Numbered from the stretch's first letter, positions 9,134-18,615 are shown. The stretch is 32,000 nt of DNA from Candidatus Nitrosopumilus koreensis AR1 (GCF_000299365.1 NC_018655.1:630001-662000), one strand, 5' to 3'. Translations and numbers: made by a program. Notes: a model not told the origin generated them from the letters alone.

Positions 9134-10399
9134 TTGGCTCTAATGAAAAAGAGTCTAAAGTACATTGCATTACTTGCAATCATCCCTGTGTTTACAGTTG
9201 GGATATCTACTGGTTCTTTCACAGATGCTGAAGCCCTTAAGGGTCAAGGTGTAGGTTCCTCAAAATACGGTTCTAGCACCAATATCTGTGGATTGCAACT
9301 GTGCTCTGACATTCCAGGCGGAAAATCTGCATGGATGGCAGAACAAGAAAAATCCAAACCTGTAACTCCAGTTATGGAAGAAAAAGACGACCATGATTCC
9401 AAAATGGAAGAAAAAATGACTGAAGATGACATGGGGTCTGTACTTAGATTATCAAGAGCAAACGTTCCAGCTACTATTCCGTTGCATCATGGATACTATG
9501 ATGGCGGTGATGTTTATTTCATCATTACCGATTCAAGTGATCCAACACATGCAGACCTGATTACAAATAATCAAGGTTGGAAAGTAGAGCTTGCACCATT
9601 ACTAAAGAATGCACCTGATGAAGCACTTTCAAAAACTTACATGTTTACTAACGGAATAAAAGGTGACGGTGTACATGGTTTCCAAGGAGAAGTTTTCACT
9701 AGCACTCCTGCACAATCAGATGTATACAGTGCATTGACATCACATGTTCATGTAACATGGAATGAAGGTATGACGCCAAGAATTTTAAATTCTGATGCAA
9801 TGGTCATGCAAGCTGCAGACAATGGCGAGGTCACATTGACTCCTGTTAATGTGGTTTTGAACATGCCGCAGATTGTTTGGCCTGATGGACAAATGATGGT
9901 CAAAGAGGACAAAACTTTGACTGATGAAACACCATACGGTGGTGGACAAGTTCTTGATATCGATACAGAAGAGATGACTGTAACTTTCATAGCTCATCGC
10001 GGATGGGGTCCAGACGGTAGAACTATCTATTACATTGTAACAGATGCTACTCCTAGCGGTCCTGCCGAAATGATGGGTGTTGTAAGTACACCAACCTCTG
10101 CAAGTTTAATTGCAAATTCAGCAGCAGTTGATCTATTTCAGTTCAAGAATGGTTTGACTGGTTCTGGTCCACTTGGATTTCAACCTGGAATTGCTACAGG
10201 TGCTCCTGGTGATGAAAACTATTCTCCAATGTGGAGAATTTTCGTAACTGGCTGGGCTAATCCCGAAAATGCACAATTGCTAGAAACCATTGATGATCTG
10301 AATGCATACAGAGAAGCTGGATTGATCGATATTGGAATTGCACGTCCGATGGATAGTGACCACATAGTAAACTGTCCATTCATTGACCCATTCCAATAA
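9134..10399 (+). CDS. Secreted hypothetical protein, 421 aa
   Basis: Signal peptide (IALLAIIPVFTVGISTGSFTDAEA) and beta-rich extracellular-like sequence. Confidence 0.75.
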   Translation: MALMKKSLKYIALLAIIPVFTVGISTGSFTDAEALKGQGVGSSKYGSSTNICGLQLCSDIPGGKSAWMAEQEKSKPVTPVMEEKDDHDSKMEEKMTEDDMGSVLRLSRANVPATIPLHHGYYDGGDVYFIITDSSDPTHADLITNNQGWKVELAPLLKNAPDEALSKTYMFTNGIKGDGVHGFQGEVFTSTPAQSDVYSALTSHVHVTWNEGMTPRILNSDAMVMQAADNGEVTLTPVNVVLNMPQIVWPDGQMMVKEDKTLTDETPYGGGQVLDIDTEEMTVTFIAHRGWGPDGRTIYYIVTDATPSGPAEMMGVVSTPTSASLIANSAAVDLFQFKNGLTGSGPLGFQPGIATGAPGDENYSPMWRIFVTGWANPENAQLLETIDDLNAYREAGLIDIGIARPMDSDHIVNCPFIDPFQ

Positions 10400-10512
10400 G
10401 ATCTCATTTTCTTTTTTATTTTTCAACATTTGTTTAATTTAATTAAAAAATTCTAACAAATTTTCAGAGAATTAACTACATTGTTTATCTCTAATTGTGT
10501 GTATAATACAGT

Positions 10513-10887
10513 ATGAGTATCGCAGGAATGTATATGCTAAACACTCCACAGTATCAGGAGGAAAAAATCCAACAAGCACTAAACATGCTCTATATCGATA
10601 GGAAGAATGAATTTCGAGAGCTATCTGAGATCTTACTATCTGAGAAAGCTCGCAAATCAATTCCAAACTGGAAAGAATTTGTTTTGAATTTTAGTTTGGA
10701 TGTTGAAGAGGCATTTAAGACTTGGTCAGGAAAGAATCCACTACTTTCTAGCTCTCCCCAAAAAGCACTTACTATTCTAAGGCAATTGGGACGTGGAAAA
10801 ACGTCTATGAACCAACTTGCACATCTTCTTAACATGTCGTACAACATTTCATTGGAATTCAAAGAGATCTACAGACGACTAAAGTAA
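10513..10887 (+). CDS. Conserved helical hypothetical protein, 124 aa
   Basis: Intact ORF; the opposite-strand ORF (10590..10862) is antisense shadow. Confidence 0.6.
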   Translation: MSIAGMYMLNTPQYQEEKIQQALNMLYIDRKNEFRELSEILLSEKARKSIPNWKEFVLNFSLDVEEAFKTWSGKNPLLSSSPQKALTILRQLGRGKTSMNQLAHLLNMSYNISLEFKEIYRRLK

Positions 10888-10945
10888 TCTCTTTAATTCT
10901 TTTTTTGCTAAAACCTAAATTTGATTATAATTTCGATAATTTGTA

Positions 10946-11197
10946 ATGGATTTCATGCTAGAAGAGGAACTAATTGACTTGATGACATTTTGTTTGCAAA
11001 ATCCTGAATCTTCTGAAGTTGCTGAAAAACACAAACGAATCACTGAGATTGGACACGAGCTGTATGCAGACGGCGGCATTGATGCACTTGAGAATTTCTT
11101 TTTTGTACTCAAAAATAGAATTACTGAAGAAATAGAAAAAGATCCATCCCCAATGCGTTCGCTATGGAATGGCCTTACTGATGAATGGCAGTATTGA
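10946..11197 (+). CDS. Small conserved hypothetical protein, 83 aa
   Basis: Coherent acidic/helical ORF beginning MDFMLEEELIDLMTFC. Confidence 0.6.
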   Translation: MDFMLEEELIDLMTFCLQNPESSEVAEKHKRITEIGHELYADGGIDALENFFFVLKNRITEEIEKDPSPMRSLWNGLTDEWQY

Positions 11198-11212
11198 ATT
11201 TCTGTAAGAAAT

Positions 11213-11356
11213 CTATCCTCTGCCGATTCTGAAAATGGCTGTACTGCATGTTGGGCATGTGCCTTTGATTGCAGGTTTACCATTTTTCATTGTGTATGGT
11301 TTAGCGCCACCGATTTCTCGTTTGTCTCGGCATTTTACGCAGTATCCTATTGTCAT
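11213..11356 (-). CDS. 47-aa DUF5679-like zinc-ribbon protein (not in ORF track)
   Basis: Direct translation: MTIGYCVKCRDKREIGGAKPYTMKNGKPAIKGTCPTCSTAIFRIGRG*. Two CxxC knuckles and the YCVKCR...KNGRPAxKGxCPxC pattern of that family. Confidence 0.85.
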   Translation of the reverse strand: MTIGYCVKCRDKREIGGAKPYTMKNGKPAIKGTCPTCSTAIFRIGRG

Positions 11357-11689
11357 ACGTTCACTAGGCTCAAGGTTCTATTAGCAAGAACTTGTTGATT
11401 TTTTTTTACTAAGAGGCAAACCTCCGATCTTAATTATTGCGTTACTGAACAATTTTTTTCGTAACGGAGGTGATTTTCGAACAATTTCTACACATTTTTT
11501 AAATAAATGGTGTTTTTTCTAGTGATTTTACACCCTTTGTGTTTGTCATTTTTGATCAGTTGCACATCAAATACGTGTCGATTGAAATTTGCATACATGC
11601 AACTTGAATTCGTTTTTTTTGAATTTGATAAAACAAAATTAGTTTGAGATGATCATTTTTTTAAAAATTCTTTTGATGCGTTATGTAAC

Positions 11690-13135
11690 TTACAACCTTT
11701 CAAGATTTTTAATTATTGTACTTTTATTTACAATTATTTTTCCTGGGTTCAAAACATTTTTTGGATCAAACAATTTTTTTATGTCTTTGAATGTTTCATA
11801 GTTTGTTTTTCCATATTGTTTTTTGATAAATTCTGAACGTGCTAGACCGTCTCCATGTTCTGCAGTTATGGTTCCGCCCATCTTGATAATTTTATCAAAA
11901 AATTCTACAGCAATGTCTTTGATTGATGACGTTTCTATTCTCTTTGCAATCAATCTGATGTGCAGGTTTCCGTTTCCAATGTGTCCGTATATGATTGATT
12001 TTGTCTTGAATTTTTTGTTGATATTTTCTATGGTTGAGAATAGCTCTGGCAGTTTCTCTATTGGTACTGCGGCATCTTCTATTACATGTGGTATCCTGTT
12101 TTCCTTCTTGATGCTTCTAAGGCTGTAATATAGTGAGGAATCTCTGTATTTCCACCACTTGTGAATCTCTTGCTTTTTTGTCAGTTTTTTGGCCATGCTG
12201 CCTGAGATTGTCTGTTTGATTTTTCTCTCGTTTTGGATGATTTTTTCATCATACTCTACAAAAAGCAAGCATTTTGTATTTTTTTGAAAATTATGGTCTA
12301 TCTGTTGTAGTGTGGTGCGATCAACAAATTCTATTGCAGATGGATTGGTATTGTTTATTTTGATACAATCACTTGCAACGTTGCTAATTGAATCGTACTC
12401 TATGACAAAAAGAATTCTTTTTTTTGGAATGTTTTTGATTTTTAGTTTTGCAGCTGTTATGATTCCAAGTGTTCCTTCTGAACCGATAATGATTTTGTGA
12501 CTGTCTTTTGCTGTTTTTATTTTGTCAATTCTGTATCCTGAAGAGTTTTTGGAAACTTCTGGGAATTTCTCTTTGTCAATTTTTATTTTGTTTTTAATTT
12601 TGTTAGAAAATTTTTGGTTTTTTGGAAGTACTACCTTGTTGCCGTTTCCATCAATAATTGTTATCTCAATTACATTATCAATCACACTTCCATACTTTAG
12701 ACTCCTGCTTCCACTGGAGTTATTTCCAATCATTCCACCTATTGAACAAAAAGAACCAATTGATGGATTTGGTGGAAAAAATTTTTTGTTTTTCTCTAGT
12801 ATCCTGTCTAGTTTTCCTTTAACTGCACCTGGACCTACAACTGCTTGATTTTCTTCTACTTTGATTGAATCAAAATTTTTCATATCTAAAACAATTCCGT
12901 TGTTTAGTGCACTTCCAACCAGGCCTGTTCCTGCACCGCGAACAGTTACCGTAGTTTTGAATTTTTTTGCAATCTTTATTGTGTTGATGATGTCTTTTTC
13001 ATTTTTGGGAATTATTATGACCTTTGGAATAATCTGGTATGAGCTTGCATCAACTGAATAAAATTTCTTGAACTCTTTTTCTGTATGTATCTCTCCTTGA
13101 ACTACTTTGGATAGTTCTGTGCTCAAAGAACTCAT
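11690..13135 (-). CDS. FAD-linked oxidase, GlcD/D-lactate dehydrogenase-like
   Basis: TVTVRGAGTGLVGSALNNGIVLDMKNF, PNPSIGSFCSIGGMIGNNSSGSRSLKYG, GTITAEHGDGLARSEFIKKQYG, LFDPKNVLNPGKI. Confidence 0.92.
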   Translation of the reverse strand: MSSLSTELSKVVQGEIHTEKEFKKFYSVDASSYQIIPKVIIIPKNEKDIINTIKIAKKFKTTVTVRGAGTGLVGSALNNGIVLDMKNFDSIKVEENQAVVGPGAVKGKLDRILEKNKKFFPPNPSIGSFCSIGGMIGNNSSGSRSLKYGSVIDNVIEITIIDGNGNKVVLPKNQKFSNKIKNKIKIDKEKFPEVSKNSSGYRIDKIKTAKDSHKIIIGSEGTLGIITAAKLKIKNIPKKRILFVIEYDSISNVASDCIKINNTNPSAIEFVDRTTLQQIDHNFQKNTKCLLFVEYDEKIIQNERKIKQTISGSMAKKLTKKQEIHKWWKYRDSSLYYSLRSIKKENRIPHVIEDAAVPIEKLPELFSTIENINKKFKTKSIIYGHIGNGNLHIRLIAKRIETSSIKDIAVEFFDKIIKMGGTITAEHGDGLARSEFIKKQYGKTNYETFKDIKKLFDPKNVLNPGKIIVNKSTIIKNLERL

Positions 13136-13144
13136 TTGATAAAT

Positions 13145-13699
13145 CTAAATTCTGATTCGATAATAATCCCATCGTTCAGGATCAAACTTTGCGACAAACT
13201 CTGCCTGCTCTCTTTCAATTCTTGACTGAATGACGTCTCTGAGTGCAAAACTTGTAAGGTACTTGAATTTTTTTGCATGGGCTTGCATTACAAACATGTG
13301 GCGCATCTCGCTTCCGCCTTTTAGTCCCCAATAACCCATCTTGACTGCAATTGGTTCTAAAAATACGGTATTTCCTAGACCATAATTCTCATCTCTGACT
13401 TCTTCTCGCAGATTATAATTCTCAAGAGCTCCTCCTTTTGCATATCCTACAATCTCTCCTTTCTTGTTGTTTAATCTCAATGTGGTGATGATGGTCTCTG
13501 AATCTTTTATTGACTCTTCAAACTTGTCTAAGAACTGAAGCGGTCTAGGTAACTCTAACATGATTTCGTGCAATGAATTTATGAAATCTGGATCGTTTCT
13601 TGTGGGCATGCTTTCTATTGTTGGTACTAGTCTGAGATTTTTATACGCACAATCAGCTTGAATGGTGATTTCTTGCTGTCTGATTCTCATAAATGACAA
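13145..13699 (-). CDS. Conserved hypothetical protein, possible GNAT-like fold
   Basis: 184 aa; NKKGEIVGYAKGGALENY...LGNTVFLEPIAVKMGYWGLKGGSEMRHMF. Confidence 0.6.
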   Translation of the reverse strand: MSFMRIRQQEITIQADCAYKNLRLVPTIESMPTRNDPDFINSLHEIMLELPRPLQFLDKFEESIKDSETIITTLRLNNKKGEIVGYAKGGALENYNLREEVRDENYGLGNTVFLEPIAVKMGYWGLKGGSEMRHMFVMQAHAKKFKYLTSFALRDVIQSRIEREQAEFVAKFDPERWDYYRIRI

Positions 13700-13706
13700 A
13701 ACAGTG

Positions 13707-14459
13707 TCAAAAAAAGTTTTTTCTCATCTCGTTTGAAAGTACTTTGAGTACTGGCTTTACCATTTCAGTCTCTTTGTTTAGCAGTTCTTCAAAGTATGCT
13801 ACTGCACTTCTGACAATTAATGATGGCCTCCATGCAAGTGCATGTGCGTTCATCTTTGCCATTTCCATGGCTTTGGAAAAATCTCCCAGTGCATACCCGC
13901 TAATTCTGTCCACTACTGTAAGATACCATCCCATCTCCATGATGTGTTTTTGATACTCTATGTTGTTTCTTGTCAAATCTGAATTCTGAAAACACTGTTT
14001 AATTTGAGCCTCTGCATTTTTTTTCAACTCTCCGGCCCAAGGGTATGTTGTTCTTAGAATCAACACCTTGACAATTTCTAAATCAATGTTTGCATTTTTA
14101 ATTAACTGGCCAAGTTTTCTGTCTGCTGAAATAAATTTTAAAACACTTTCTTCGTGTGGTTTGTCAACACTCTTTTCAGGATCAAAGTCATGAAACAACG
14201 CTGCAACATAGAGATATTTTTTATCATCCTGTGTGAATTTTATCTCTTCTATCTTTGTAGCTAGTAATGAAAAATATGTCACTTCTAATTCGTGATTGAT
14301 GTTGTGATATCCGTAATAGTCTCTGCCAAGACCCCTGCTTTCAAACAAATCAATGGTGTAATCTAGCATCTCCACATAACAGTCGTCTTCTAGCCTGTTT
14401 TCTATTAGCAAATCCAGAATGTTACTTCGCATTACCTGGGTGTTTGCAAATAATTGCAT
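13707..14459 (-). CDS. HD-domain metal-dependent phosphohydrolase-like protein
   Basis: YHNINHELEVTYF...AALFHDFDPEKSVDKPHEESV: HD-superfamily H...HD arrangement. Confidence 0.8.
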   Translation of the reverse strand: MQLFANTQVMRSNILDLLIENRLEDDCYVEMLDYTIDLFESRGLGRDYYGYHNINHELEVTYFSLLATKIEEIKFTQDDKKYLYVAALFHDFDPEKSVDKPHEESVLKFISADRKLGQLIKNANIDLEIVKVLILRTTYPWAGELKKNAEAQIKQCFQNSDLTRNNIEYQKHIMEMGWYLTVVDRISGYALGDFSKAMEMAKMNAHALAWRPSLIVRSAVAYFEELLNKETEMVKPVLKVLSNEMRKNFF

Positions 14460-14557
14460 TATCCCTCAATCTTTTATCTTGTTTTTAAAGTTGACCTGAC
14501 AACTCTTGAAACTTCGTGTAGAAAGGTTCAATAGAATTGTAAATTTGCTATTTTTAA

Positions 14558-14956
14558 ATGGCAGTAGACGAAGATCTCTTGAAAGTTTTAATTGATTCTG
14601 CTAGTGCTTCAGAGTTTACACTTTATCTAAAAGATTCTTCATACCCTCTTACCAATGTTTCAGTAGCTCATTCTCCAGTTCCTGTCAATGAACCTACTAC
14701 TCGTGGCGGTGTGTATTTTTCAGACAAATTTGCCTACAAGATGAAGGCAACAGTACAAGACCTCTCAGTAGTTCCATTACTTACTAAAAAGATGCTTGGC
14801 CCAAACACAGAGTTTGGCGAGCTCAAAATCACTACTAGTATGACTATTGATGGGAGTATCAAAAACTTGGAAATCTTTACAAATCTTACAAACAGCGTTC
14901 AAACGCCTGACTCTATAGAACTCAGTATGATTATTGTAAAACTAGAATCTGTCTAG
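14558..14956 (+). CDS. Conserved hypothetical protein, 132 aa
   Basis: Intact ORF with coherent beta-rich sequence. Confidence 0.6.
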   Translation: MAVDEDLLKVLIDSASASEFTLYLKDSSYPLTNVSVAHSPVPVNEPTTRGGVYFSDKFAYKMKATVQDLSVVPLLTKKMLGPNTEFGELKITTSMTIDGSIKNLEIFTNLTNSVQTPDSIELSMIIVKLESV

Positions 14957-15501
14957 TCTACAAAGTACTTGTCGTATCTTTCTCTGCTTTCTTTGTCTGA
15001 AAGCACCTCGTATGCCTTGTTTAGTTTTGCCATTGTCTCTTCTGAGTCTTTTTTGGTTCTATCTGGGTGATTCTTTTTTGCAAGTTCTCTGAACTTTGTC
15101 TTTATCTCCTCTTGTGTTGCTTCTCTTGAAACTTCGAGTGTTTCATAATAGTTTGGCAGCTCGTTGTTTTTTGCAGCATCTCTGAACTCTTTGTCTTTAA
15201 CGGTGTTTCTTCTTTTTCCAATCTCTTCGTAATCATCTCCCCAGTCTGAATGATACTTTTCTTGTGTCTTGTCTTTTTTTGATTCCAGCTCTTCTTTGTC
15301 GTATGATGTTTTTCGTCTAAGAATAATGTCTCTAGCTAAAAACAAGAACAATCCAATTACTGCTATTGCAAATCCGCTAAACAGAATAATCTTGTCATTA
15401 TCTGATACTTCAAGATCCATGTCTAGCTCTTGGGTTTGCCCGTATGAGACTTGTGCTAAAAATATCATTGTTGAAATTAAAAAGATACTTGAAATTCTCA
15501 A
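14953..15501 (-). CDS. Membrane-anchored J-domain (DnaJ-like) protein
   Basis: Signal peptide plus TM helix (IILFSGFAIAVIGLFLFLA) followed by a C-terminal J domain: NYYETLEVSREATQEEIKTKFRELAKKNHPDRTKKD...AYEVLSDKESRERYDKYF. Confidence 0.85.
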   Translation of the reverse strand: MRISSIFLISTMIFLAQVSYGQTQELDMDLEVSDNDKIILFSGFAIAVIGLFLFLARDIILRRKTSYDKEELESKKDKTQEKYHSDWGDDYEEIGKRRNTVKDKEFRDAAKNNELPNYYETLEVSREATQEEIKTKFRELAKKNHPDRTKKDSEETMAKLNKAYEVLSDKESRERYDKYFVD

Positions 15502-15511
15502 CTCTTCTTCA

Positions 15512-15951
15512 CTATGTTAATCTAAAATCTTCTTTTGCCGTATTTAATACTACATGTGTGATTGTGTTTTCGACATTAGGCATTGCTCCAAGATCTTTTA
15601 CAAACTTGCTTAGTTCATTTCTTTCCTTAAACTTTGCAATGATTACTGTATCAGTTGAGCCGGTAATGTCATACACTCCACAGACATTTTCAAATTTGGA
15701 TATCTCTTCTTCAACGTCTAAGATGTCGCTTTTTGCAATGATTTCAATTATTGCAGTAAGGGAATAGCCAAGTTTTTCATGATCAATTATTGCAGAATAC
15801 CCGTGAATTATCTTTGCTTTCTCCATTTTTTTATTCTAGATAGAACCGTTACAGTTGACATTCCAAGCTTTATTGCAAGCTGTCTTGCTGATAGTCTTGC
15901 ATCTACCATCAGGTTTTTGAGAATCTTCTCATCTGTATTGTCCAAATCCAC
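15512..15951 (-). pseudogene. Lrp/AsnC-family transcription regulator, split into HTH and RAM parts by a -1 frame change
   Basis: Frame 1 from GTG 15951: VDLDNTDEKILKNLMVDARLSARQLAIKLGMSTVTVLSRIKK. Frame 2 (15512..15826): MEKAKIIHGYSAIIDHEKLGYSLTAIIEI... The frame change is at an A7 run (15826..15832 on the minus strand). Confidence 0.85.
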
Positions 15952-16074
15952 ACTCTCATAACGGGAAAAATTTATTTAAATTTTCACTAGATTACTGAAA
16001 ATTTGTTTAATCTGTCAGGCTCGCAATCTGTTGTGTCTTTTCAAATTTAAAACAAATAGGTTGCCATATCTCTT

Positions 16075-16302
16075 ATGGATAAAATCGATGAACTTGTTTC
16101 TCAGGGCAAGTCATTTTTGGAAGACGGGAAATACGATGATGCCTTGGGGTTTTTTGAGCAAGCACTTCTTTTGAATCAAGACAACCCTGACTTGTGGAAC
16201 TACAAGGGAATCACACTTCGAAGTCTTGGAAGATACGAAGAGGCAATGGACTGCTTTAACAAATCACTGCAAATTGACCCACGTGACCGACATTCCTCTT
16301 GA
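16075..16302 (+). CDS. Short TPR-repeat protein, 75 aa
   Basis: FLEDGKYDDALGFFEQALLLNQDNPDLWNYKGITLRSLGRYEEAMDCFNKSLQIDP. Confidence 0.75.
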   Translation: MDKIDELVSQGKSFLEDGKYDDALGFFEQALLLNQDNPDLWNYKGITLRSLGRYEEAMDCFNKSLQIDPRDRHSS

Positions 16303-16353
16303 TTTTATGTTGACAAACAGTGAATCTATATTATTAACAAAATATTATCTGAT

Positions 16354-16845
16354 GTGTTGAATGACACAGAAAGAATGATGGCAGAAGCCTACGAATGTGT
16401 TGAAGAGGGTGATTTTCATGATGCGCTTAATCTCTATGATCTTGTACTAGAAAAAGAGCCTTCAAACGTTAGTGCCCTAATTGACAAAGGAGTAACTTTG
16501 CAAAACATGGGCAGAATCAAACTTGCAATTCGCTCATACGATAAGGCATTATCAATATCTCCTACAAACATTGATGCTTTGCTTAACAAGGGAACTGCAT
16601 TGCATTCTGATCAAAAGTATGCTGAGGCAATGGAGTGCTATGATGCAGTACTGCAAATTGACAAAAAGTGTGCAATGGCACTTGCATACAAGGGACTTTC
16701 CTTGGGTGAGACTGGAAAACTGCAAGATGCCTTGAAGCATTTCAAAAAGGCATTATCCATTGACAATGAATTTGACTTGGCAAGCATCTCAAAGGATATG
16801 GCACAAAATTTGATAAAATCAATTAAAGAAACTAAAACACAGTAA
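16354..16845 (+). CDS. TPR-repeat protein, 163 aa
   Basis: Four tandem TPR units (e.g. IKLAIRSYDKALSISPTNIDALLNKGTALHSDQKYAEAMECYDAVLQID). Confidence 0.85.
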   Translation: MLNDTERMMAEAYECVEEGDFHDALNLYDLVLEKEPSNVSALIDKGVTLQNMGRIKLAIRSYDKALSISPTNIDALLNKGTALHSDQKYAEAMECYDAVLQIDKKCAMALAYKGLSLGETGKLQDALKHFKKALSIDNEFDLASISKDMAQNLIKSIKETKTQ

Positions 16846-17008
16846 CGTCGCCAGGTGCTGGTTCTCGGTTCATCTCTTTTTCGTGTGACTCGAAAAATTC
16901 TTTGTGTTCTGATTTTTGATGTTCTCTGAGTTTTTCTAAATTCTCAAACCCCTCATGACACAGATAGCATTTTGGCTTGTGTTCGTCTACTAGAGGAAGT
17001 ACCATGGT
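16832..17008 (-). CDS. Small C2H2 zinc-finger protein; 5' end and start codon uncertain (not in ORF track)
   Basis: Frame reads ...THKPKCYLCHEGFENLEKLREHQKSEHKEFFESHEKEMNREPAPGDVTVF*. C-x2-C-x12-H-x4-H-like spacing. No ATG/GTG/TTG in frame; an ATG at 17007 (MVLPLVDEH...) is in the adjacent frame. Confidence 0.6.
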   Translation of the reverse strand, partial: TMVLPLVDEHKPKCYLCHEGFENLEKLREHQKSEHKEFFESHEKEMNREPAPGDVTVF

Positions 17009-17060
17009 ATGATATCTTTGCTTGGCTACTTATTTCTTGAGCCTAACTAAGGAATATATC

Positions 17061-18179
17061 ATGAAAGAGACGCCAGACTGTATGCTAGAGCAGTTGGCAG
17101 GCGATTCTCAGGCACTAGATCGAGCCATAGCAGGAGAAGAACTGTCCTACAAAGACGGTCTTGAGCTGATGAATTATGATAACCTGCATTTACTTGGAGC
17201 AGTAGCTGATGCCCGCAGAAAAGAACTAGTTGGAGATACTGTGACTTTTGCAGCATCCTACTACATGAACTACACAAACGTCTGTGCTGCAAGCTGCCAA
17301 ATGTGTGCATTTTACAGAAAAGAAGGTGCAGAGGATGCTTACACACTAACTCCTCAAGAGATTGAGCAACGAGTTGGAATTGCAAAACAGATGGGGGCAA
17401 CTGAAGTTCACATCGTTGGAGGATTTCATCCAAAACTTCCACTAGAATACTATGAAGACATGATGAGAACCATAAAGAAAAGCCATCCACAACTAAACAT
17501 CAAAGCACTAACTGCTGCTGAGATTTTCTATCTATCAAAACTTACAAAAAATTCCACTAAAGAAATTTTGTCTCGTCTAAAAGATGCTGGACTGGATTCA
17601 ATGCCAGGTGGTGGTGCAGAACTGTTCCATCCAGACATTAGAAAAAAAATTGTTAGAGGTAAATGTACAGGACAAGAATGGCTAGATGTAATTGAAGAGG
17701 CCCATAACATGGGAATCAAAAGCAATGTGACAATGCTTTATGGACACATTGAAAAACCTGAACACATTGTTGATCATCTAATAAAAATCCGTGAACTGCA
17801 AAAAAAGACAAATGGTTTCATCACACTTATTCCTCTAAAGTTTAGCCTTGATAACACCGAACTAGAACAAGAACACTTGGTAAACAATGAGTGCTCTTCT
17901 GTTTATGACCTGAAAGTTATTGCACTGTCTAGACTAATGCTTGCAAATACACTAAACAACATCTCTGTTTATTGGGTGGCATACGGAAAGAAACTAGCTC
18001 AGGTTGCACTATCAAATGGTGGCAGTGATTTGGTTGGAACTGCATTTTCTGAGGAGATTTATCGCGCTGCAGGAAAGGCAACCAGTTCTTCTGTTGATGA
18101 GCTTGCAACTATGGTAAAAGAGATAGGACGTGTCCCTGCGCAAAGAAATACTCACTTTGATATATTGAAGACATTTTAG
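17061..18179 (+). CDS. mqnE: Radical SAM enzyme of the MqnE/CofH group, best matching aminofutalosine synthase (MqnE)
   Basis: NVCAASCQMCAFYRKEG (CX3CX2C), GIKSNVTMLYGHIEKPEHIV, LSRLMLANTLNNISVYWVAYGKKLAQVALSNGGSDLVGT, RVPAQRNTHFDIL. Start taken as the internal ATG rather than upstream TTG 17022. Confidence 0.65.
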   Translation: MKETPDCMLEQLAGDSQALDRAIAGEELSYKDGLELMNYDNLHLLGAVADARRKELVGDTVTFAASYYMNYTNVCAASCQMCAFYRKEGAEDAYTLTPQEIEQRVGIAKQMGATEVHIVGGFHPKLPLEYYEDMMRTIKKSHPQLNIKALTAAEIFYLSKLTKNSTKEILSRLKDAGLDSMPGGGAELFHPDIRKKIVRGKCTGQEWLDVIEEAHNMGIKSNVTMLYGHIEKPEHIVDHLIKIRELQKKTNGFITLIPLKFSLDNTELEQEHLVNNECSSVYDLKVIALSRLMLANTLNNISVYWVAYGKKLAQVALSNGGSDLVGTAFSEEIYRAAGKATSSSVDELATMVKEIGRVPAQRNTHFDILKTF

Positions 18180-18208
18180 TTTCGCAATTCTAAATTCTGT
18201 TGGTACCA

Positions 18209-18313
18209 TGGCAAAGAAAAAGACATTAAAAAAAAGAGAAAACCTTCAATGTCACTGGCATTGTCCTTGCGATGATTGCAGAGCAGCTGAAGAGCAGTCT
18301 TTTTGAGAACTAG
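18209..18313 (+). CDS. Possible 34-aa small protein
   Basis: ATG frame reads MAKKKTLKKRETFNVTGIVLAMIAEQLKSSLFEN*, with stop-stop overlap with the convergent gene at 18310. Weak evidence. Confidence 0.3.
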
Positions 18314-18615
18314 TCTAGATGTTTTTTAATAGAGTCTACCTTTTCTTGCATCTTTAGGTGCTTGTCTCTTCGTGAATCAATCTTGATTATGACTTCGACC
18401 CTGTCGATTCCTAGATTGTGAACAGTCTCACTCATCTGCTTTGTTGCCTTGTAAATGGTATCCATGTCATCTGACTCTAAAATTGTCCCCATCGGGTTTA
18501 TTTCGTATTTGAGGTTCTCGATTTTTTGAATCGATTCTATTGCCTTTGCAATGTAAAAACTGGCGCTGGTTGTTCTGGTAGCTATTGGATAGATGCTAAT
18601 CTCTGCATGAATCAA
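18310..18615 (-). CDS. MTH1187/DUF77-family thiamine-binding-like protein
   Basis: MIHAEISIYPIATRTTSASFYIAKAIESIQK...YEINPMGTILESDDMDTIYKATKQMSETV...GIDRVEVIIKIDSRRDK. Confidence 0.85.
   Translation of the reverse strand: MIHAEISIYPIATRTTSASFYIAKAIESIQKIENLKYEINPMGTILESDDMDTIYKATKQMSETVHNLGIDRVEVIIKIDSRRDKHLKMQEKVDSIKKHLD

Noticed and set aside
10915-11283. Minus-strand 122-aa ORF
   Set aside because: Low-complexity Ser/Phe-rich shadow of the plus-strand 83-aa gene; the real minus-strand gene here is the 47-aa zinc ribbon in another frame.
17059-17725. Leu/Ser-rich antisense ORFs within the mqnE-like gene
   Set aside because: Typical antisense shadow composition; the sense frame has clear radical SAM motifs.
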